64,000 nt of DNA from the human T2T-CHM13v2.0 reference genome, Homo sapiens: assembly GCF_009914755.1 (NCBI RefSeq), contig NC_060929.1. The stretch is one strand, 5' to 3'. Below the pieces are notes generated by a model that worked only from the letters and a program-made list of their open reading frames with translations, searched no databases and had not been told where the DNA came from. Made by a program: the position numbers and the translations under genes. Below, piece after piece: positions 56,327-64,000 of the stretch; position 1 is the first letter of the stretch; each line of letters begins with the position of its first letter.

Positions 56327-58085
56327 TGATATGGTTTGGCTCTGTGTCCCCTCCCAAATCTTATCTCAAATTGTAATCCACACATGTTGGAGGAGGGGCC
56401 TGATGGGAGATAATTAGATCATGGTGGTGGATTTCTCCCTTCTTATTCTCATGATAGTGAATGAATTGTCATGAGAGCTGATGGCCTTAAAGTGTGGCAC
56501 TCCCCCTTGCTCTCTCTCTATCCTGCAGCTATGTAAGACATGCTACGTTTCCCTTTTAACTTCTGCCATCATTGTAAGTTTCCTGAGGCCTCCCCAGCCA
56601 TATGGAACTGTAAATCGATGAAACCTTTTTTTCTTTATAAATTACCCAGTCTCGGGTAACTGTGAAAACAGGCTAATATAGAAAATTGGTACCAAATTAG
56701 TGGGACATTTCTATAAAGATAACTGAGAATGTGGAAATGACATTGGAACTAGGTAACCAGTAGAGTTTGAAACAGCTTGGAGGGTTCAGAACAAGACAGT
56801 AAGATGAGAAAAAGTTTGGAACTTCCTAGAGACTAGTTGAATGGTTTTGACCAAAATGCTGATAGTGATATTAACAATGAAGTCCAGGCTGAGGTAGCCT
56901 CAGATGGAGATGAGGAACTTGGTGGAAACTGGAGCAAAGGTGACTCTTGCTATGCTTTAGCAAAGAGACTTGTGAAGTTTGCCCCTGCCCTAGAGATGTG
57001 TGGAACTTTCAACTTGAGACAAATGATTTAGGATATCTGGCAGAAGAAATTTCTAAGCAGTAAAGCATTCAAGAGGTGACCTGGCTTTTTCTAAAAGCAC
57101 ATCATCATGCACATTCACAAAAAGATGGTTTGAAATTTGAACTTATGTTTAAAAGGGGAGCAGAGCATATAAGTTTGGAAAATTTGCAGCCTGACCACGT
57201 GATAGAAGAGAAAAACCCAGATTTTTGGAAGAAATTCAAGCCAGTTGCAGAAATTTGCATAAGTGACAGGGAGCCAAAAGTTAATAGCCAAGACAATGGG
57301 GAAAATATCTCCAGGGCATTTCAGAGGTCTTTGAGGCAACCCATCCCATCACAGATCTTGAGGCCTAGGAGGGAAATATGGTTTCTTGGGCTGAGGTGAA
57401 GGCCCTCCTGCTCTGTGCAGTTTTGGGACAAGATATACTGCGTCCCAGCCATGCCAGCTCCAGCCATGGCTAAAAAGCGCCAAAGTACATCTAAGATCAT
57501 TGCTTCAGAGGGTGCAAGCCCCAAGCCTTGGCAGGTTCCACATGGTGTTGGGCCTGCAGAAGTGCGGATAACAAGAATTGAGTTTTGTGAACCTCAGCAT
57601 AGACTTCAGAGAATGTATGGAAATGCCTAGATGTCCAGGCAGAAGTCTGCTGCAGGGGCCCATGAAGAACCTCTATTAGGGCAGTGGAGATGGGAAATGT
57701 GGGGTTGGAGCCCCCACACAGAGTCCCCACTGGGGCGCTGCCTAGTGGAGCTGTGAGAAGAGGGCCACTGTGCTCCAGATTCCAGAATGGTAGATCCACT
57801 GACAATTTGCATCATGCACTTGGAAAAGCTGCAAGCACAAAATACCAGCCCATGCAAGCAGCCATGGGCCTATTCCCTGCAGAGCCATAGGGGTGGAGTT
57901 GCCCAAAGCTTTGTGAGCTGGCCCCATGCCTCAGCATGCCCTGGAGGTAAGACGTGAAGTCAAATGGGATTATTTTGGAGTTTAAAGGTTTAATGACTAC
58001 CCTGTTGGGTTTGAACTTGCATAGTGCATGTGGCCCCTTTGTTTTGTCCCAATTTCTCCCATTTGGAATGGGAACATTTACCTAC
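56327..58085 (+). mobile_element. THE1D/MSTA-like MaLR: 5' LTR (56327-56680) and internal, 3'-truncated
   Basis: tgatatggtttggctctgtgtcccc..; internal gaaaattggtacc; MaLR-int ORF remnants NGFDQNADSDINNEVQAEVASDGDEEL and LENLQPDHVIEEKNP. Confidence 0.92.
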
Positions 58086-58750
58086 CACTCTCTCAAGCCT
58101 CCTGTACAGGAGGTCCATTAGTGCCTCAGTTCTATTCAGCGTGGACCTGAAGGTGCTTCCCACCCCCAAGCCACCTGTCAGGGTGAGCTGAGAGATCAGC
58201 TGGGAAGAGCAGAGCCACTTGTGGCCAAGAGGAATTGTTCTGGGGGTTGATTAGTAAGTAGGAGAGTGAAAGGGGAGAAGAAAACAATGTACGGGGATTG
58301 AACGTCTCCAGCTGAAGAAGAGGAGGCTTAGAGGTTTTTTACCACTGGGGAACATATCCGAGTCACAGCACCAAAGTATGTTCCCAGCAGTGAATCCATA
58401 TGTGTCTGCAGCAACTTCAATTCTTGCCTCCTTAGAAGAAAGAATTTGACTGAGGAGCATAAGGCAAAAGGAGAGACAGAGGCAAGTTTTAGAGCAAAAG
58501 TGAGTTTTTTTTAAAAAGCTTTAGAGAAGTAAAGCACTCTTGGAAGAGGGCCAAGCAGACGACTTGGGAGATCAAGTGCCCTGTTTGACCTTTGACTTGG
58601 GGTTTTATACACAGGCATACTACTATGATCTTGCATTCCTTCTCCCCTGATTCTTCCCTTTGGGGTGGGCTGTCCACATGTGCAGCGGCCTGCTAGCACT
58701 TGGGAGTTGAGCATGTGCAATGTGTTTACTGGAGTTGTGTTTACTGGAGC
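58086..58750 (-). mobile_element. ERV1 fragment: MER50-like LTR part (58379-~58750), tRNA-His-type PBS (58356-58373) and leader
   Basis: The reverse complement of 58356-58373 is tggtgctgtgactcggat, versus the His PBS TGGTGCCGTGACTCGGAT. LTR tctgcagcaacttcaattcttgcctcc..gaagaaagaatttgactgagg..cttggaagagggccaagc. Confidence 0.75.
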
Positions 58751-58754
58751 AGTG

Positions 58755-59040
58755 TGAATGGAACTGGAGGCCATAATTCTAAGCAAATTAATGCAAGAAC
58801 AGAATACCAAATACTACATGTTCTCATTCAAAAGTAAGAGCTAAACATTGAGCACACATGGACATAAACATGGGAACAATAAACACTACAGACTACTAGA
58901 TGGGGAGGGAGGGGCCCATGGCTTGAGAAACTACCTGTTGGGTACTATGCTCACTACCTGGATGTAATATACTCATATAGCAAACTTGCATATATACCTC
59001 CTGTATCTGAAATAGAAGTTGAAATTTTTAAAAAATAATA
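58755..59040 (+). mobile_element. L1PA16/17-like 3' end
   Basis: atggaactggaggccataattctaagcaaattaatgca..aaactacctgttgggtactatgctcactacctgg..gttgaaatt. Confidence 0.85.
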
Positions 59041-59043
59041 ATT

Positions 59044-59158
59044 ACATAAATGTTAATCACATCTAAAAAATAGCTTCACAGCAACATCAGACTAGTGTTT
59101 GTCTAAACATCTGGGCACCATAGCCTAGCCAAGTTGACACATAAAATTGACCATCACA
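59044..59158 (-). mobile_element. MLT2 (C/D-like) LTR terminal fragment
   Basis: aaatgttaatcacatctaaaaaata..ctgggcaccatagcctagccaagttgacacataaaattgaccatcaca. Confidence 0.85.
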
Positions 59159-59309
59159 CCTGCTTAAATGCCTCCAGAAGCTTCCCCCTTCTAAGCACAT
59201 GTTCCATGACCTGTTGATTGCTCGCATTTCAGCCTCAGCATGAAGTGCTTCCACCTCATCTTCCACTCCAGTAAGGCTGACCCGCCAGCAACTTTCCTTT
59301 TTATAGCAT

Positions 59310-59445
59310 TCATTTATTCAACCAGTGTAATGAACAAATACTTGCTGAGCTCCTCCAAGGTACCAGGCACTCTCAAGGCTAGGCACTGGAGACAACAAAG
59401 TTGACAAAGCCACACACTCCTTTTCTCAGAGCACTTACATCTATC
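59310..59445 (-). mobile_element. L2 3' fragment
   Basis: cattcatttattcaac..aacaaatacttgctgagc..ccaggcact..ctaggcactggaga. Confidence 0.65.
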
Positions 59446-61062
59446 AGTACTGCTGCACTCACCACATCCACAGAAATGGCTGCATCTACGTGTTTCTCTC
59501 ACCAGGCAAATCCTATGTGTCTGTCTGTATCCTCCACTGCACAGACAAGCATGCATGTATATCTACAGTGTATAATTTTTGAAGGTCACAAAACTAATCT
59601 GCAAAATCTCACTTTCTTAATTCATTCCAGTCCTAAAATAAATTTGTATTTTGAGCTGTTATTACCCTTGGAACTGGAAACAATAGTGCCAATAGATGAC
59701 ACTTTTGGCAATTGAGTAATAATTCAATCATTTCAAAAATGAAATTTTTCAATTTCAGGAGGCTACCTTTTCCCATTCTTTTTCCCAGTGTGACAACTAA
59801 GTTCTTGGGAGAACGTTTATACCTGAAGGTTATAGCTAAGGTGTGCCCTTAGACGGGTTGTAGAAAACTCAGGTGTTCTTCTGTGCCCCTCTGGGCTTAG
59901 GAGGGGCTCAGGGACTCTGTTGGGCCTTAGCTGCCTGCACACCTGGAAGCCATGTTTATTTTCTGCTGCAGGTTCTTCTCTTTTAATTTGCTGCTTCCTT
60001 TGCTTCACCCTAGGAGTGAAACAGATGTTTTCTCTGCTTTCAGAAGGAGCAAGGGAAACAAGGTTGAATGTGGAAGTCTGAGACAGCAGTACAGTTCTAG
60101 GGATGTTTGGCAAGGCTGATGGGGAGTCCTCTCATCAAAGTCACTCATCTCAGAAATGGGCCTGTCTGGTATCCCTTCCACACTCAGGCATAGTTGAGGA
60201 GCAGCCTGTGGACAGGGTACTCTCTGCAGGAACCCAGTGATGAATTTCTAAGCACAGCAGCAGGGGCTGTTGGTCACTTATGAGATAAATAACAAGATCC
60301 AAAATATTTTCAAAGCATTGCATCATCCAGATTGAGAGGTCAGGATTTTTTGGGAAAGCCATTTATAGCTAAGGCATGGTAACTAGATGGAAATAGAGTA
60401 CACTTGGTTGCTGGAAATTCTTCATTGGTTCATTTGGTCAGTCATTCCCATTTTCCAGGCTCCATCTGACTTTATTCCTACACTCAAGAAGTTTACACTT
60501 TAATGGGGATACAGATATTCATTATTAGCAAATGTATAATTACAAATATATTTATATATGTACATACATACATATACATATGCATATACATTTTTAAGGT
60601 AATTGAGGTAGTGTATTAGTCACTTTCTATACATTCTCATATTGAATTATTTAATATAGTGGATTTCTGTAACTGTAACTAAGAGGCTTGGAAACAATGA
60701 CAGCAAATGTTCCTGTAGCTGTGGAAATTATTTAAAATGCATCTAATGCAGAGTCCAGGTATTGGCTTTCTTGTGATGCCCACCTGTAAGGTTCTGGTAA
60801 AAGGCTGAGTCCCATGATAGCTCAATAAAGGTGAAAATCAGCATCCAATAAGGAAGGGCAAAGGGTAGGCTACATCTATGAAAGGGAGTGTCCATTTGCA
60901 CCCATATCACCTGTGAGAAGAGGGATTTTTGCTATGCAGAGATCTAATGATTATTTGCAAAGTGCCTTTCTTAAAGAGACTCCTTTCAACATTTGAATGT
61001 CAGAATCATCACCCTAAAATGTAGTCTTTGTGTTAGTTGAACCTTTGTTCTTACAAGAGGCT

Positions 61063-61694
61063 TGTTGAAGAAAAGAGTCAAACTCTGAAAAAATATTTGA
61101 AAAGATTTATTCCAAGCCAAACATGAGTGACCAATGGCCTGTGACACAGTCCTCAGGAAATCTTAAGAACATGAGCCCAAAGTGGTCAGGCACAGCCTAG
61201 TTTTATACTTCTTAGGGAGACATGAGACATCAATCAAATACATATAAGATTTATATTGGTTTGATCTGGAAGGGTGGGACAACTTAAGTGGAATGAGAGG
61301 CTTCCAAGTCATTCCAGGTAGATTAAAATATTTCTGATTGGCAATTAGTTGAAAGAGTTATTATCAATAGAAAGGAATGTCTGGGTTACACAAAGGGTTG
61401 TGGAGATGAAGGTTTTGTCATGCAGATGAAGCCTGCAAGCACCAAGCTTCAGAAAGAATAGATTGTAAATGTTTCTTATCAGACTTAAGATTTGTGTTCA
61501 AGTTAAAGCTGGTCAGCTTTTCCTGATTTCTGAAAGGGAAGAAGCCATTCCAACCCTCTTGGAATGTGGCATTCCAACCCCCTATTCCCATGATGGCCTG
61601 AACAAGTTTTTCAGGTTAACTTTGGAATGCCCTTGCCTGAGAGGAGGGCCCATTCAGATGATTGCGGGAGCCTTAGAATTTTTTTTCGTTTACA
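61063..61694 (-). mobile_element. MER4-type (ERV1) solo LTR
   Basis: tgttgaagaaaagagtcaaactctg..tttgaaaagatttattccaagccaaacatgagtgacc..ttttatac..agggagacatgagacatcaatc..tttaca; 4-bp TSD ggct. Confidence 0.9.
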
Positions 61695-62716
61695 GGCTGG
61701 AAGCCTGGGGTTGGTCTGACCACACCACTGTGAAAAAAGTGATAGCTGATTGGTTGGCTTGAACTTCTCTGACAGTGTTTTGGCAAAATGGGTCTGTCAT
61801 GAATTGCACAAACTCAGTATCTGTCTGTTTCTACTTATTAAGGTAATGAACATTCCCCAAGTCACTATGAACCAATATTTTTTTTTATTTTCCCTAAGCA
61901 CATCCTGTGGTCAGGACTAATATTTGAATAATAGTTTTTTTATTTGTCTTGTTCCTTTTCCTGGAATTTCATGGGTAGAGGTCTGCCTTCTTCATCTCTC
62001 AGCACCTAGCTCAGTGACTAAACAGATTATTGGCCCATTGTTCACCACCACCCATGACGATCAGAGAAAACCAAAAACCTGAGCTCCCACAACTTTATGT
62101 CAAAGAGATGCTCTTATCTAAGCCCCCTTTTTCCCAAGCCTTGTAATGAGGGGAGGCAGTCATTGCAGTTTGTGAAGGAAGGCTCTATACAAATGGGCCT
62201 TCTGGCACCCTAATTACAGCCATAAAGTCAGTTCCCAAATAGGATTCACAGCTGCTCCCTCTGACTTGACCACAGGCCACATGGCAACTGGCTAGCCCCG
62301 TAGTGCAGCCAAGCCACTCTCAGCAGCTCATCAGTGAATCTTATTCCCCTGGTATTACAGGAACATCTGCAAGATTCATTTTGTCCTGCAGAGTAAGGAA
62401 AAGAAAAATGCCACATACTGACTTGCTTGTTAGAAATAAAAGACTTTCCATTGAGCTGAGCCATTTGCTTCTGAATAGCAATGTAAATAAAGTCATTCTG
62501 CAGCTGGATCTCCTGCAGCCTAAGAGGCCCAGGATGGAGACAGGGCTGTCTGGGGCAAGTGTCATCTTGGCAGATGGGAGAATGTAAGGGCAAGCATGCT
62601 GAGCAGTTGTCTGTTCAAAACCTCTAAACATGAGAAGGTGGGAGAGAGATGGATTATGAAGAAGTTCTAGGCTGAAAGCATTGCACAACTCTGTAATAGG
62701 TAGTTAATACCAAGTA

Positions 62717-63448
62717 TGAAAGGAAAATAAAAACTTGGGACCCTAATTCACTCTGCCAAAAGAAAAAAATTAAGCTGAAAGCTGAGTCATGCAAGAAGCT
62801 ACCTTTCCTTTTGTTCCTAAGCAGACAGTTACAGATAAAAGGTTAACTACCTCCACAGGTAGGTACTGTATATTCACCTTATCTCATGTAAATTGCCAGT
62901 TTACTGAGCTCCAGACAAATATGTAATTGACTATTCCCCTACCTGCTCCTTTTCTCTTGCAACATGTGGATTCAGTAATGTGACCACACCTTCCCTTCCA
63001 GCCTGCTTTTCCCCTTTAAATATTGAAGCCCTCAAAATCATATTTGGAGAAAGGCACAGACATGTCTCCCAAGTGCACTTCCTTAATCTTGGCAAAATAA
63101 ATTTCTAAATTGATTGAGACCTGTCTCAGATACATCTTGGTTTACAAATAGGCAACCAATGGAAGGGATTCTGAGTGGAGGTGGTCCTGACCTTTGACAA
63201 ACCTCCTATTGGTGCTTGGTACCAGCTTGAGCTCTTTTCATTGCTCAAACCAACAGGATAATTTGCCAAGGTCCAGGGACTCCGCCTCCAGAAAAATCTC
63301 TCATCTCCCAAAATGTGGTTGAGATCTAAGGTTTACCTTGCTGTACAATTCCTTTTCTGGAGTTTTACTTCCAACAAGGAAGGCCAGATTTCCTGCTTCC
63401 TTTATGATGGAGAGTAGGCAATTCTTTTCTGCAGTTTCAGTTCACTTC
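62717..63448 (+). mobile_element. MER4-group ERV1 LTR (62717-63147; MER65/83-like) with a degenerate PBS and leader
   Basis: tgaaaggaaaataaaaacttgggaccc..aaataaatttctaaattgattgagacctgtctcagatacatcttggtttaca, then aggcaaccaatggaagggat (degenerate Arg-type PBS). Confidence 0.75.
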
Positions 63449-64000
63449 TGTAAACCGCAAAGTATTTGAGGATAGGTCTCAATTGATTTAGAAGGTTCTT
63501 TTGCCAAGGTTATGGACGCACACCTGGAAGACAGATCTGTGCCTTTCTCCAAAGATGATTTTGAGGGCTTCAGTATTTAAAGGGGGAAGGCAGATACTGG
63601 GGAAAGAAAAAGAAATTTTGAAAAGATGTGGGTAGATAAGAGGCAAGCAGTTGCATTCTTTTGAGTCTTTGATCAGCCTTTCACATTTGACGGGGTTAGA
63701 GGAATCATCACTTAGGCATTCATCTAGCTCAGTGAATCTGCATTTTTATATAAGATAAAATAAACATAAGGCAGAGGAAGCAATCAGATATGCATTTATC
63801 TCAGATTAGCAGAGGGAGGACATTGAGTCCTGTCCTTTGTCCCATACTTGTGATAAGCTTTCAATTTACATTGTCAGGGTGAAATTCAAGAGTTGTTTTA
63901 AGGTAAAAATCTTGGGGCCCACAAGGCATTTCCTAGGGGGCAAATTATGGGGATTGTAACTTTTTAAGAAAAATCTTTGTAGCTATCTTTTTTAGAAATG
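63449..64000 (-). mobile_element. Second MER4-group ERV1 LTR, antisense, running off the window
   Basis: tgtaaaccgcaaagtatttgaggataggtctcaattgatttagaag..tttgccaaggtt..ctgtgcctttctccaaagatgattttgagggcttc. Confidence 0.8.

Noticed and set aside
53514-57927. Many overlapping ORFs
   Set aside because: Decayed THE1/MST internal sequence.
59740-62400. Several acceptor- and donor-like sites in the unique GC-richer region
   Set aside because: No consistent exon chain or recognisable peptide could be assembled.

Overview
AT-rich, repeat-dense primate (human-like) genomic DNA. I find no intact protein-coding gene, RNA gene or CRISPR/prokaryotic system. Most of the window is nested transposon debris: Alu (S and Y types), LINE-1 from young L1PA2-like to ancient L1M, MaLR LTRs (THE1/MST/MLT1), a 3'-truncated MLT2A1/HERV-L provirus, ERV1 LTRs (MER4/MER50 group) and DNA transposons (Tigger1, Tigger3/MER7, MER47). 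The only host-gene-derived sequence I recognise is a decayed, intronless UBXN2A processed pseudogene (~23.6-24.7 kb) inside an old L1. The most interesting signal is a 57-nt antisense-L1 segment inside its UBX domain, cut exactly at L1 cryptic AG/GT splice sites and carrying an in-frame stop. It looks like a fossil of an L1-exonised UBXN2A splice isoform. Also notable: an unexplained ~165-bp-arm inverted repeat, an old ~210-bp direct repeat, twin-primed L1s, a templated filler at an L1 deletion, and DUX4-type motifs in LTRs. Family and subfamily calls are from memory of consensus sequences, no search was run, and boundaries are approximate.
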